Shown here: positions 51,047 through 61,272 of the stretch, piece by piece | How positions within the stretch are numbered: position 1 is the first letter of the stretch | How the letters are laid out: every line of letters begins with the position of its first letter | Assembly: GCA_026387335.1 (NCBI GenBank) | Contig: JAPLLX010000004.1 | Coordinates: forward strand, 189,485-253,484 | From: Candidatus Omnitrophota bacterium | GTDB lineage: Bacteria; Omnitrophota; Gorgyraeia; Gygaellales; Profunditerraquicolaceae | Reading direction: 5' to 3' | DNA: 64,000 nucleotides | Made by a program: the position numbers and the translations under genes | Notes under the pieces: model-generated | The model's database searches: none | What the model was told of the DNA's origin: nothing | Seen by the model: only the letters and a program-made list of their open reading frames with translations

Positions 51047-52890
51047 ACTATTCCTTTAATCTTATCCGCAATTCTGGCCGCGGTCAATCCGTATTTTTCC
51101 AGTAATAGATCTCTCTTCCCGTGGCTGATAAAACTGCACGGTAACCCAATTTTTACTACCGGCTTGCCTAACGCATCTTCGACCGAGCTTCCAAAACCGC
51201 CAGCAGTAATTCCTTCTTCAAGCGTAAAAATATGTTTTTGCTTCGCGCATATCTCCAGGAATAATTCCCTATCTAAAGGCTTGGCAAAGCGGCTGTTTAT
51301 TATCGTCCCGGATAAACCCTCTTTTTTAAGCAACTCCAGCGCTTCCCAGGCAGGCGCGACCATGCTTCCTAAAGATAAAATAATAAAATCTTTTCCCTGC
51401 GCTAAAATCTCGGATTTGCCCAATTCAATTTTCTGGATCTTATTCCCCAAATTCTCTGCCTTGCCCTTAGGATATCTTATTGCCACAGGTTTATTTAACC
51501 CGAGGGAAAACTCCAGCATCATCTCCAGTTCTTGCGCATCCTTGGGGGCCATAATCACCAGGTTCGGGACCGTATTCAGGAAACTTATATCAAATATGCC
51601 CTGATGCGTCGCGCCATCCTCTCCGACGATCCCGGCGCGGTCAATGCAAAAGATGACCGGCAAGTTTTGTAAAGCCACGTCTTCGATGATCTGATCATAG
51701 GCTCTCTGTAAAAAAGTAGAATATACCGCGATCACCGGTTTGAAACCACCCCTGGCTAATCCGGCAGCAAAGCAGGTAGCGTGAGCCTCAGCAATGCCGC
51801 AATCAAAAAATCTGTCCGCAAAGACGTTACGAAATTTCTCCAGTCCTGTCCCTTCAGGCATCGCCGCGGTTATGGCAACAATCCGCTTGTCCTTAGCCGC
51901 TAATTCTACCAATTTATCGCCGAAGGTTTCGGTATAAGTCTTAGCTCCCGAAGATTTAGCTAAATCTCCTCCGGTCTGGATATCAAAAGGGCCCGTGCCG
52001 TGAAACCTTACCGGTTCATTCTCAGCCGCGAAATAACCTTTGCCTTTTTTAGTAACCACGTGCACAATCCGCGGTCCCTTCATGCCAATAATGTTTTTCA
52101 GGGCGGGAATTAACAGTTCAATATTGTGGCCGTCCAAAGGCCCAAAATAACGAAAACCCAATTCTTCAAATAAGACCCCCGGAATAAATAAACCCTTAAG
52201 CCCTTCTTCAAACTTATTTACCAGGTTAAATAGCCGGTTGGCGCGCGGGCCGCGCGAAGTAAGAAAATTTGCCAGGGATTCTTTAAAACGGTTATAGACA
52301 GGTAAGGATATTATTTTATTCAAATAGTTGCTTATGGCTCCGACATTGGGAGAAATACTTAACTCATTGGTATTTAAAATCACCAAAATGTCTCTCTTTA
52401 AGTGCCCGGCATTATTCAAACCTTCAAAACATAATCCCCCGCTTAAAGACCCGTCGCCGATTACCGCCACGACTTTAAAATGTTCAGATGAGGCCAGCTG
52501 GTCGCGGGCACAAGCCAACCCTAAAGCTAAAGATACCGCGCTGGAAGAGTGGCCTGTAGTAAAACAATCAAAAACTGATTCATCTTTGGACGGAAATCCG
52601 GAGAGGCCCTGGTATCTCCTAAGAGTCGAGAATTCTTTGTTTCTGCCGGTCAGTATTTTATGGGCGTAAGCCTGATGCCCGACATCAAAGATAATTTTAT
52701 CCGCAGGCAGGTTTAAACAGTAATGCAGGGCAATAATCAATTCTACCGCGCCCAGGCTTGAGGCAAGATGCCCGCCGTTAACCGCCACGACTTCGGTCAT
52801 CCTCTGCCTTACTTCTAGAGCAAGCTTCGGCAGTTCCTCTATTTTAAGCTTCTTTAAATCCTGCGGCGAATTAATCCCATCCAATAGCAT
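51034..52890 (-). CDS. dxs: 1-deoxy-D-xylulose-5-phosphate synthase
   Basis: GGHLASSLG, DVGHQAY, DRAGIVGEDGATHQG. Confidence 0.95.
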   Translation of the reverse strand: MLLDGINSPQDLKKLKIEELPKLALEVRQRMTEVVAVNGGHLASSLGAVELIIALHYCLNLPADKIIFDVGHQAYAHKILTGRNKEFSTLRRYQGLSGFPSKDESVFDCFTTGHSSSAVSLALGLACARDQLASSEHFKVVAVIGDGSLSGGLCFEGLNNAGHLKRDILVILNTNELSISPNVGAISNYLNKIISLPVYNRFKESLANFLTSRGPRANRLFNLVNKFEEGLKGLFIPGVLFEELGFRYFGPLDGHNIELLIPALKNIIGMKGPRIVHVVTKKGKGYFAAENEPVRFHGTGPFDIQTGGDLAKSSGAKTYTETFGDKLVELAAKDKRIVAITAAMPEGTGLEKFRNVFADRFFDCGIAEAHATCFAAGLARGGFKPVIAVYSTFLQRAYDQIIEDVALQNLPVIFCIDRAGIVGEDGATHQGIFDISFLNTVPNLVIMAPKDAQELEMMLEFSLGLNKPVAIRYPKGKAENLGNKIQKIELGKSEILAQGKDFIILSLGSMVAPAWEALELLKKEGLSGTIINSRFAKPLDRELFLEICAKQKHIFTLEEGITAGGFGSSVEDALGKPVVKIGLPCSFISHGKRDLLLEKYGLTAARIADKIKGIVCPR

Positions 52891-52892
52891 TG

Positions 52893-53135
52893 CTAATCTT
52901 TCCCTTCCGCGTTTTCTGCAAATTCTTTTAAAGAAAGCTTCCCGTCCTTTTTCATTAATGACTCTACTCTACGCTCTGCCTCTTGCAAGACCCGGGAGCA
53001 GCTTTCGGCGAGCTTAATCCCTTCCTCATATTTTTTAAGCGACTCTCCGAGGGTAAGCTTTCCCGCGGATAATTCTTCCACGATCTTTTGTAATTTTTTT
53101 ACGTCATCTTCAAACGGCTGTCTTTCTTTTGTCAT
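52893..53135 (-). CDS. xseB: Exodeoxyribonuclease VII small subunit
   Basis: FE...LQKIVEEL...LGESLKKYEEG; synteny xseA-xseB-dxs. Confidence 0.92.
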   Translation of the reverse strand: MTKERQPFEDDVKKLQKIVEELSAGKLTLGESLKKYEEGIKLAESCSRVLQEAERRVESLMKKDGKLSLKEFAENAEGKD

Positions 53136-54336
53136 TTATGACCTCCTCGACTGAACTGATAAAACCGCCGGCGCCTAAAATTGTTTTAACCTTATCGCTT
53201 TTTTTAATCTGGGCCGCATTTTTAATCACCGAAGAATCGGTCATCAGCAGGCTTAAGCTGTAGCCGCGGGATAAAACCGCTAACGGGCTAAGCGCCTGTA
53301 ATCTCTGGATAAGCGAAGAGAACCTTTCGCGGGTAAGATTAACCAACTGGCGCATATTCTGGCTTAACCCCGAAGATAAATCGTCAAGCATCTGCGCCTT
53401 CTCCTGCAGCCGGTCAAGCGGACTCTTAAGCGCATGAGCTAAACCGGTGAGATTATTTTTAAGCGCGCTGATAAAATCTAGAAGAATAAAACCGGACTCT
53501 CTCTTCAGACTGCCAAGTTCAGCCAATAAAGCGGCTCTTTTATCCGCGATTATTTTAGCTGCTGCCGTGGGAGTCTCCACAAAGACATCCGCGACTAAAT
53601 CACAGAGGCTGGTATTGATCTGGTGGCCGACTGCTGAAATGATCGGAATCCGGGAATTATAGACTGCCCTGGCCACAATTTCTTCATTAAAAGACCAGAG
53701 ATCCTCGGTACTTCCGCCGCCGCGACTTACAATAATCAGGTCAACTTTATTAAATTGGTTGAGCTCTTCAATACCCAGAGCTATCTCTTGGGAAGCGCCT
53801 TCTCCCTGCACGCGCGCTGAACGGATCACTACATCCACGCAAGGAGCGCCTTTTTCCAGTATTCCCAGGATATCGCGCAATGCCGCTCCCGCGCTGGAAG
53901 TAACTATCCCTACCCTAAAAGGCATAAACGGTAGCTGGCGTTTATGAGCCGCGTCAAATAACCCTTCTTTAAGTAATTTTCCCTTTAACTGCTCAAAGGC
54001 CAGCGCTCGAGCGCCAATACCTTTGGGCTCCATCTTCTCAACGATCATTTGGTATTGCCCGCGCGGGCCGTAAACATCAATTTTACCGAAACAAATTACT
54101 TTAATCCCGTCCTCAAGCTTAAATTTTAATTCCCGGTTCGCCCGGACAAACATCGCGGCAGCCAAAACAGCGCTGCTATCTTTAAGCGAAAAATAAAAAT
54201 GCCCCGAAGTTGCCGCCTTAAAATTGGATACCTCTCCTTCGACCCAGACTCCGTTGCCAAAAGTATTCTCAAAGATTACCCCGATCTCTTGAGTTATCTG
54301 AGAAACGGTATAAATATGCTTAAGTTCTTGCGGCAT
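53110..54336 (-). CDS. xseA: Exodeoxyribonuclease VII large subunit
   Basis: WVEGEVSN, SGHFYFSLKD, RGGGSTEDLW. Confidence 0.95.
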   Translation of the reverse strand: MPQELKHIYTVSQITQEIGVIFENTFGNGVWVEGEVSNFKAATSGHFYFSLKDSSAVLAAAMFVRANRELKFKLEDGIKVICFGKIDVYGPRGQYQMIVEKMEPKGIGARALAFEQLKGKLLKEGLFDAAHKRQLPFMPFRVGIVTSSAGAALRDILGILEKGAPCVDVVIRSARVQGEGASQEIALGIEELNQFNKVDLIIVSRGGGSTEDLWSFNEEIVARAVYNSRIPIISAVGHQINTSLCDLVADVFVETPTAAAKIIADKRAALLAELGSLKRESGFILLDFISALKNNLTGLAHALKSPLDRLQEKAQMLDDLSSGLSQNMRQLVNLTRERFSSLIQRLQALSPLAVLSRGYSLSLLMTDSSVIKNAAQIKKSDKVKTILGAGGFISSVEEVINDKRKTAV

Positions 54337-56071
54337 CCGGCTCCTTAGGAGGTTCTTCCTTGGGTAAATCTGGTTTAGGCGGTTCCGGTTTCTTCTTTAA
54401 GATTATAAGGTTAACCGAATATGGGCTTAAAAGAAATTCTTCCTGATAAGACTCTTGAGCGGTTATTTCTTTTTCCGCGCTCGCCTTGAATTCGCAATTC
54501 AGGCTGCAGGTTGAATCCACCGCAAAAAGGCTGTAAAGATATTCCCCTTTTAAGTTCTTTAAGCTAATCTTTATTTTTCTCTTTTCCTGCTCCCAACGTT
54601 TAGCTTGAATACTGAGCTCCTGCGCATTCTTTAATAAAGACTTTACCCTGTTAGTGGTAGGCAACTTGCCCATCTCTTCAGGCTGCGCGATAATCTTAAA
54701 CAGCTCGTCAGAGCGGATAATGCCCAGCAAGAATTTTGTCTCCGCGGGAGTCAACCCGGCAATATTTTCTGAGAGGGAATTCCTTACTATCTCAGGGTCA
54801 ATGTAATTATAAATTAAAATGGTTATCTTGTCTTCGGATTTGCCCGCGATTACCCCTACAAATTCATCATTAAATTTAACCGGGAAGGTATCCGCGCCTA
54901 AACTTTTAAGCATCTTAAAAACATTATAGGCTGCTTTCGGGCCGCCCTTACCCTGGGCATGATTAGCGCCAAAATAAAAAACTCCGACATTGCGGGTCAC
55001 CCCTTCTTTATTATTCTGGAAATCCTCTAAACAAAAATATACCTGGTTATCTATCCCGGCTTCATACATATTTTTTATGCGGCTGGGTATGTAGCTGGCT
55101 GAAATGTAAGATTTATCTTTACGTTCCGGCAGAAGATTGGCGTGGCGATCGTAATTCCATTCATCAATAATCAGGGGCGTGTTTTTGTCAAAGCTAAAAT
55201 AGGACAACCAATCGCGCACTAAATCCACCGCGCTTTTGTTATAGACGGTCATCTCTTTCTCCGCCTTAGGATCAGTAGAGAAACCGTGCCAGGTTATAAA
55301 ATCCAGGCTTAAGCGGTTACGATAACAAAATTTGATTAACCCGTAAATAAGGCTGTCCTCGGGGGTAAGTAGGGTATTCCCCTCAATATTATGGAACCAC
55401 CAACTGGCGCCCGGTGCGCCAACGGGTAGGCGCACTTTATGCTGGGATTCCAGCTCTTTTGCGCTTTCGCTCACCGCGCGGTAAAGATTAAAATACTCCT
55501 GCTGGCCCCCTAAAAAGAAACCCTCTAAATCCGGGGCATTCCACACTTCATACCATATATTATATTTCTTATCGCAGCTTAGATCTTTCATTGTATTCTT
55601 GATCAGCTCTTTAAATGCCGGAATGTTCACCGGCGCGCTTTTTTTGTCTAAAATCTTACCCATTCCCGCGGGTGTGCCGAATATATTCAAAATCACCGTT
55701 CCGCCGGAATCACTGATGTTTTTAATCACGCTTTCGTAATTAGCCAGGATTTTTTCTTTGGCCCCTTTCTCTTTTTCCAACTGAGTAATATCCCAAAGGT
55801 TAAACTGGAGGCGGTAAAAACCGTCAAAGCCAATATCTTTTTTCCAGGTTTCCAGGGTTTCTCTAGAAGCCAGGGCTTGGGGCCAGGCGCTTTCGTGGTG
55901 AAAACCCCGGCCGCTTAAATCCAGGTTGGGTTTAAAGATCTTAGGGGTAGGAATGGTGTTGGAAGCGACATCCAATGTAAATTCTAAATCGTCGGTTTGC
56001 TGGCAGGAGCCGCGATCGGCTAATGCGCATACGCTTAAACCCAGAACTACGGCTAAAATAAATTTATTCAT
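54320..56071 (-). CDS. Secreted GH39-like (clan A) glycoside hydrolase, possibly inactive
   Basis: WYEVWNAPD (family pattern WNEPD), DFITWH, IIDEWN. Confidence 0.65.
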   Translation of the reverse strand: MNKFILAVVLGLSVCALADRGSCQQTDDLEFTLDVASNTIPTPKIFKPNLDLSGRGFHHESAWPQALASRETLETWKKDIGFDGFYRLQFNLWDITQLEKEKGAKEKILANYESVIKNISDSGGTVILNIFGTPAGMGKILDKKSAPVNIPAFKELIKNTMKDLSCDKKYNIWYEVWNAPDLEGFFLGGQQEYFNLYRAVSESAKELESQHKVRLPVGAPGASWWFHNIEGNTLLTPEDSLIYGLIKFCYRNRLSLDFITWHGFSTDPKAEKEMTVYNKSAVDLVRDWLSYFSFDKNTPLIIDEWNYDRHANLLPERKDKSYISASYIPSRIKNMYEAGIDNQVYFCLEDFQNNKEGVTRNVGVFYFGANHAQGKGGPKAAYNVFKMLKSLGADTFPVKFNDEFVGVIAGKSEDKITILIYNYIDPEIVRNSLSENIAGLTPAETKFLLGIIRSDELFKIIAQPEEMGKLPTTNRVKSLLKNAQELSIQAKRWEQEKRKIKISLKNLKGEYLYSLFAVDSTCSLNCEFKASAEKEITAQESYQEEFLLSPYSVNLIILKKKPEPPKPDLPKEEPPKEPDAART

Positions 56072-56852
56072 CTAAAAGGCTCTTCTGAATCCTGGTGATT
56101 GCATTAGCCCGGCCTGTTTTTTCATCTATATCCACTACCACGGCGCAGAGCTTAATATTCTTATCCGCTACTTCAAACCTGACCGGCAAACCGGTTAAAA
56201 ACCTCTCTAAGACATTATCTACGTTCCTACCGATAACTGAATCGTAGGGCCCGCACATACCTACATCGGTCAGATAGGCTGTGCCCTGCGGGAGGATCCT
56301 TTCATCCGCGGTCTGAATATGGGTGTGCGTACCTAAGACTGCCGAAACCTTGCCATCAAGATACCAACCCAAGGCTACCTTTTCAGAAGTAGCTTCGGCA
56401 TGGATATCCACAATAATTATCTTTGTTTCCTGAATAATCTCCTGTTGGGCGGCCAGCGTTGTTTTGAAGGGGCACTCCAGGGCATCCATAAAAACCCGGC
56501 CATTAACATTGATTACTCCGACCGGCTTAGCGCCTTTAGTTTTAAAAACTCCGCTACCCCGTCCGGGGGCTAAAGCCGGAAAGTTTAAAGGCCTTAATAT
56601 TCTTTTTTCATGGCTGATTAATTCATATATTTCTTTTCTCTTCCAGATATGGTCCCCGGAAGTAAGCACATCGACTCCGGAATCAAATAATTCATCCGCT
56701 ACCTTAGGGATGATCCCGGAACCGCCGGAAGCATTTTCAGCGTTAGCAATAACAAAATCCAGCGCATATTCCTCTTTTAGGCCCGGGAGGAGTTTATTAA
56801 TCGCCCTTCTTCCGGGGCTACCCACTATGTCGCCGATAAATAATATTTTCAT
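56064..56852 (-). CDS. ymdB: YmdB-family metallophosphoesterase (TIGR00282)
   Basis: [25 protein letters not shown]; downstream of rny. Confidence 0.92.
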   Translation of the reverse strand: MKILFIGDIVGSPGRRAINKLLPGLKEEYALDFVIANAENASGGSGIIPKVADELFDSGVDVLTSGDHIWKRKEIYELISHEKRILRPLNFPALAPGRGSGVFKTKGAKPVGVINVNGRVFMDALECPFKTTLAAQQEIIQETKIIIVDIHAEATSEKVALGWYLDGKVSAVLGTHTHIQTADERILPQGTAYLTDVGMCGPYDSVIGRNVDNVLERFLTGLPVRFEVADKNIKLCAVVVDIDEKTGRANAITRIQKSLLDE

Positions 56853-58405
56853 TTTGCGTACTCTATCGCCCTGGTTTCACGGATAACCGTGACTTTGATC
56901 TGTCCCGGATATTCCATGCCCTCTTCTATTTTTTTACGGATCTCTCTGGACATATTAATAGCTTCGGCGTCAGTAATCTTTTCCGGTTGGACTATCACGC
57001 GTATTTCGCGTCCAGCCTGGATGGCAAAAGATTTTTCTACTCCCTTAAAAAGATTAGCGATAGACTCCAGCTTTTCTAAACGCTTAATATAAGTTTCTAA
57101 GGTTTCCCGCCGGGCTCCGGGACGGGCAGCGCTGATAGCGTCTGCGGCTATTGCTAACACCGCATATAAGCTCTGGGGAGCCGTCTCTTCATGATGCGCT
57201 TCAATAGCCATAACTACATCCGGGGATTCCCCGTATTTCCTGGCTAAATCCGCTCCCAACTTAGCGTGCGTGCCTTCAACCTGATGATCAACCGCCTTAC
57301 CTATGTCATGCAGGAGGCCGATTCTACGGGATAACTTAAAATCCAAACCCATCTCAGAAGCCATGGCTCCCAATAAGAATGACGCTTCCTTGGAGTGTTG
57401 CAAGGCGTTCTGCCCAAAGCTGGTGCGGTATTTCAGACGGCCAAGTAATTTAATCAACTCCGGATGCAAACCGTGCACACCTGCCTCAAATGCCGCGCGT
57501 TCTCCTTCTTCGCGGATCTTCTCATCCATTTCCTTTTTTGTTTTTTCCACAATTTCTTCGATTCTTCCCGGATGTATCCTGCCGTCGGCAAGAAGTTTCT
57601 CCAGGCTTAAGCGCGCGATCTCGCGGCGCACAGCGTCAAAAGCAGAAATAGTTACCGCTTCCGGGGTATCGTCAATGATCACATCTACACCCGTGGCCAT
57701 TTCCAGGGCGCGGATATTCCTTCCTTCGCGGCCAATGACCCGGCCCTTCATCTCATCGTTCGGTAAAGTCACTACACTCACCGTAGATTCCACGGTATGC
57801 TCTGCCGCGCACTTTTGTATGGCCAAGCTTAATATCTCCCTGGCTTTTTTATCAGAGAGGCTGCGCACCTCTTCCTCCTGCTTCTTAATCAAAGCTGCCT
57901 TTTCGTTATTTAATTCTTCGCTGACCCGGTTTAGTAAGATCTGCTTTGCCTCATCCGCCGATAAAGAAGAAATCTTCTGCAGCCTTTCTTTTTCCTCGCC
58001 AATGAGCGCGTGCAATTGCGCGTCTTTTGCTTTTAGCGCTTCGTCCTGCTTCCGGATATTCTCATGCTTGGACTCCAGCTCTTTTTCTTTTTTCTCCAAA
58101 AGATCCAGTCTGCGGTCAATGTTTTCTTCTTTTTGGGCCAACCTTTTCTCCATATTGGAGATTTCCTGGCGCCTATCTTTTGTTTCGCGCTCAAAATCCT
58201 GACGCACGCGATAAAGCAGGTCTTTGGCTTCCAGCTCTACTTCCCGGCGCTTATCCTGAGCTTCTTTTCTAGCCTGCTCCAGGATATGCTGGGCCTTAGA
58301 CTCGGCATCCTGAATTTTTTTCTCAGCTACATGCTTTCTAAAAACATAGCCCGCAAAAATAGAAGCGCAGGCGACAACTAAAACTATCAATATGGTTAAT
58401 AACAT
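56849..58405 (-). CDS. rny: Ribonuclease Y
   Basis: TM anchor, coiled coil, KH ([11 protein letters not shown]), HD (LLHDIGK). Confidence 0.95.
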   Translation of the reverse strand: MLLTILIVLVVACASIFAGYVFRKHVAEKKIQDAESKAQHILEQARKEAQDKRREVELEAKDLLYRVRQDFERETKDRRQEISNMEKRLAQKEENIDRRLDLLEKKEKELESKHENIRKQDEALKAKDAQLHALIGEEKERLQKISSLSADEAKQILLNRVSEELNNEKAALIKKQEEEVRSLSDKKAREILSLAIQKCAAEHTVESTVSVVTLPNDEMKGRVIGREGRNIRALEMATGVDVIIDDTPEAVTISAFDAVRREIARLSLEKLLADGRIHPGRIEEIVEKTKKEMDEKIREEGERAAFEAGVHGLHPELIKLLGRLKYRTSFGQNALQHSKEASFLLGAMASEMGLDFKLSRRIGLLHDIGKAVDHQVEGTHAKLGADLARKYGESPDVVMAIEAHHEETAPQSLYAVLAIAADAISAARPGARRETLETYIKRLEKLESIANLFKGVEKSFAIQAGREIRVIVQPEKITDAEAINMSREIRKKIEEGMEYPGQIKVTVIRETRAIEYAK

Positions 58406-58426
58406 AGACTACCTCCTTAAACGGCT

Positions 58427-58514
58427 GTCATTACGAGGAGGGCTTTAGCCCGACGAAGTAATCTCTTTTTTCAGGGATTGCTTCGCCACCGCCTCCGGCG
58501 GGGCTCGCAATGAC
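58427..58514. repeat. Palindromic element, family B
   Basis: GTCATTACGAG...CGAAGTAATCTC...GGGATTGCTTCG...CTCGCAATGAC. Confidence 0.8.
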
Positions 58515-58545
58515 TATGAACGATTTGAAAACTGAACTTTTGTTT

Positions 58546-59091
58546 TTAAGCGAAGAGTACTTTTTTAACGCTCACATCGTGGAGTGAAGTGGGGATAACG
58601 CGCAAGATCTGAAGATTAAATGCCAAACCGATAGAAGGAGTGTCTTTAGGGATTTTGCTTAAGAAACGGTCATAATAACCTTTTCCTCTGCCCAGGCGGT
58701 TGCCTTTTTTATCAAAAGCGACTCCCGGTGTAATCACTAGATCCAAATCCTCGGGCCTGATAAATCTGCTGATCACAGGCTCAGGCACTCCATAAGGGCC
58801 TTTTTTCAAGTGGGCATGACTATCTAATATAGCTGGCCTTAATGACGCTCTATTTTTCACACAAACTGGCACGGCAATAATCTTACCTAATCTTTTCGCT
58901 CTCTCTATCATTTCGCGCGTATCCACCTCGCCCTTCATGGCGATGTAAAACATTATCTTCTTCGCTTTTCTAAATTCCGTTTGTCTTAAAAGTTTACCTT
59001 TAATTAACCTGCTTTTTTGTTTACGGTCCTCCTCCTTCTGTGTTTGAAGCTTATGTAGAATTTTACTACGTAATGCTCGCTTTGTCAACAT
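58546..59091 (-). CDS. 5-formyltetrahydrofolate cyclo-ligase
   Basis: PGVAFDKKGNRLGRGKGYYDRFL. Confidence 0.93.
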   Translation of the reverse strand: MLTKRALRSKILHKLQTQKEEDRKQKSRLIKGKLLRQTEFRKAKKIMFYIAMKGEVDTREMIERAKRLGKIIAVPVCVKNRASLRPAILDSHAHLKKGPYGVPEPVISRFIRPEDLDLVITPGVAFDKKGNRLGRGKGYYDRFLSKIPKDTPSIGLAFNLQILRVIPTSLHDVSVKKVLFA

Positions 59092-59100
59092 ACCTAAATC

Positions 59101-59553
59101 CTATAAACAGGTTTCGCTTTCATGCTTATGCTCCTTAGAATCAAAAGGAATAGGCAATCCCCGCTTAGTATAATAATCTTTTAATGCCGAACGTAAGGCT
59201 TCTTCCGCTAAAACCGAACAATGCATTTTAATCGCCGGTAAACCCCCTAACGCCTCAGCTACCGCCTTATTGGTAATCTTTAATGCTTCCGCAATCGGTT
59301 TTCCTTTGACCATCTCGGTGACCATGGAACTCGTGGCGACCGCCGCTCCGCAGCCGAAGGTCTTAAACTTGATATCTATAATTATATTGTCTTTTATTTT
59401 AAGGTACATTTTCATAACATCACCACAGATTGCGTTGCCGACTGTTCCAATGCCATCTGCATCGGGAATCTCCCCACAATTTCTTGGATTCAGGAAATGC
59501 TCCATAACCTTTTCTGAATATGGGCCGCGGAATTTATCTTTCTCTTCTGACAT
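59101..59553 (-). CDS. iscU: Fe-S cluster scaffold, NifU/IscU type
   Basis: HFLNPRN, CGD, FGCG, KMHCS. Confidence 0.9.
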   Translation of the reverse strand: MSEEKDKFRGPYSEKVMEHFLNPRNCGEIPDADGIGTVGNAICGDVMKMYLKIKDNIIIDIKFKTFGCGAAVATSSMVTEMVKGKPIAEALKITNKAVAEALGGLPAIKMHCSVLAEEALRSALKDYYTKRGLPIPFDSKEHKHESETCL

Positions 59554-60588
59554 TTAACCCATCCTTAGATTATCAAACCTATTATTTCTCTCAACGATAT
59601 TCTTTTCTGCTTTCTTTAATGCTATCTTTAGTCTTTGATGTTTGATATAAGGAGCGATACATTTGAATAAACTTAATAGGTCTTTTTTTCTATACACTGC
59701 GATCCGCCAAAAATCATGTTTTGTTTTATATGTTTTCTTAATCCCTCTCTGCCTATCCCTTAGGGATAAGTTAACTTTTGCTCCTTTTGGTTGATCCAAA
59801 TTAAATTTTGATTTTATCCCATATTTTTCTAATTCATTCTTGATTTGGATTAAAATATTTTTGTCATAAGTACCAACTCTTAAATAAGCAAAACCACCGG
59901 AATGGATATTTATCTCTCCTTCGGCATCAAGATAGCCTGCAAAAAACGCAAAAAATAGCTTACGATTTCGTAAGATCCACTTTTTAATCAAATCTTGCTT
60001 GGGTAGTAAAAAATTAAACGAAGGATTCAACGCGCATTGAATCCTAATAATATCTGTCTTATCAGATTTTGTTATACGTACGTACCCATATTTAATAAAT
60101 AAACCGCGGATTAAATTAATCTGCTCTAGGTGAGTAGATGCGCACTCAACGGAAAGTATCTTTCCGTTTTTCTCATATTTTCTTACATGTAAATCCCCCA
60201 AGCGAAACCCAATAAGATAAGATTTCTCAATTAGATCTTCGCTAAAATCATATTTAGGGTATCTTATATGTGATGCGGAAAAATCTCGGATCTTTATATC
60301 ATATTCTTTCAATCTATTTAAGATCGTACCTGACGTGCATGAATACATTTTAGCTATTTGTACACTGGACTTTCCATCATCCACATATAAACAATTTAAC
60401 CTGTCTTTTGGAATTCTAATTTTTACTGACATGGAAAGCCGAACATGAACGCCATATTTATGTAAACTTCTCTGGATAGTCGTCTTACCGCAAGTAAAAA
60501 ACTTTGCTAATTCTCCTATAGAAAACCTCTTTTTCTCATAAAAATATCTTAATTGACCTTTGGGTATTCCAACTTTACTCTTTCCCAT
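59554..60588 (-). CDS. Free-standing LAGLIDADG homing-endonuclease-like protein with N-terminal HTH repeats
   Basis: YLIGFRLGDL and FFAGYLDAEG motifs; GAGG RBS; AT-rich relative to neighbours. Confidence 0.82.
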   Translation of the reverse strand: MGKSKVGIPKGQLRYFYEKKRFSIGELAKFFTCGKTTIQRSLHKYGVHVRLSMSVKIRIPKDRLNCLYVDDGKSSVQIAKMYSCTSGTILNRLKEYDIKIRDFSASHIRYPKYDFSEDLIEKSYLIGFRLGDLHVRKYEKNGKILSVECASTHLEQINLIRGLFIKYGYVRITKSDKTDIIRIQCALNPSFNFLLPKQDLIKKWILRNRKLFFAFFAGYLDAEGEINIHSGGFAYLRVGTYDKNILIQIKNELEKYGIKSKFNLDQPKGAKVNLSLRDRQRGIKKTYKTKHDFWRIAVYRKKDLLSLFKCIAPYIKHQRLKIALKKAEKNIVERNNRFDNLRMG

Positions 60589-60600
60589 CTTAACCTCAAT

Positions 60601-61257
60601 CTATATTTTATTTAAAATTAACTTATGCGGTTTGCCGGATTTCTTAAAATCTTTTGGGCCGCGGATTTCTTTTAAGGATTCTAATTTATTCTTTTTCTCT
60701 AATTCCTTATAGATTAAAACCCAGGCGCAATCTCTATCCTTATCTACTTCGCATTTGCCTTTATTCATCCCACCACAAGGCCCGTTAAGCAGGCCTTTGG
60801 CGCAAAGCGTAATCGGACAGATGCCGCCGGTCACCTGCAAAACACACTCGGCGCACAAAGAGCACTTTTCGTAAAAATCGCCTTTTGCGTCCATTACCGC
60901 GCCGAAAATACTATTACAGGCAGGATAAACCGCTAAGCCCAACCGGTCATTATCTTTAACTGATTGCGCTCCCAGGCCGCAAGATAAAACTAAAATAGCT
61001 TCTGCCTCCCGCAAAACAGACATATTTTTAGCCAGTTCTGTTTTAAGTTTAGCGGCTACGCAGGGCGCGGATGGTATGCAAAAACCTACAACAATCTTGC
61101 CTTGAGCCTCTAAATCCTGCTTCATCTTCAGGATTTCCGGCTCTCCTCCTGTTTTACAGGTGGTCGCGCACTCGCCGCAGCCAACTAGAAAGATTTTGGT
61201 ATAACCTTTTAAGCTATCTATAATATCCTGAATGGGTTTTAGCTCTGTTATAATCAT
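60601..61257 (-). CDS. Methylenetetrahydrofolate reductase C-terminal domain protein (MetV-like)
   Basis: GCGECATTC, CPITLCAKGLLNGPCGG, CAWVLIY. Confidence 0.85.
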   Translation of the reverse strand: MIITELKPIQDIIDSLKGYTKIFLVGCGECATTCKTGGEPEILKMKQDLEAQGKIVVGFCIPSAPCVAAKLKTELAKNMSVLREAEAILVLSCGLGAQSVKDNDRLGLAVYPACNSIFGAVMDAKGDFYEKCSLCAECVLQVTGGICPITLCAKGLLNGPCGGMNKGKCEVDKDRDCAWVLIYKELEKKNKLESLKEIRGPKDFKKSGKPHKLILNKI

Positions 61258-61272
61258 GTAAAAATTTTACCA

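Noticed and set aside
57303-58381. Long plus-strand ORFs (299, 81 and 105 aa)
   Set aside because: Antisense to rny.
58406-59100. 6S RNA, often adjacent to the cyclo-ligase gene
   Set aside because: The upstream gap is only 9 bp and the downstream gap is explained by repeat family B.
59554-60588. Intein or group I intron
   Set aside because: Own RBS, start and stop; flanking genes intact; no splice motifs.
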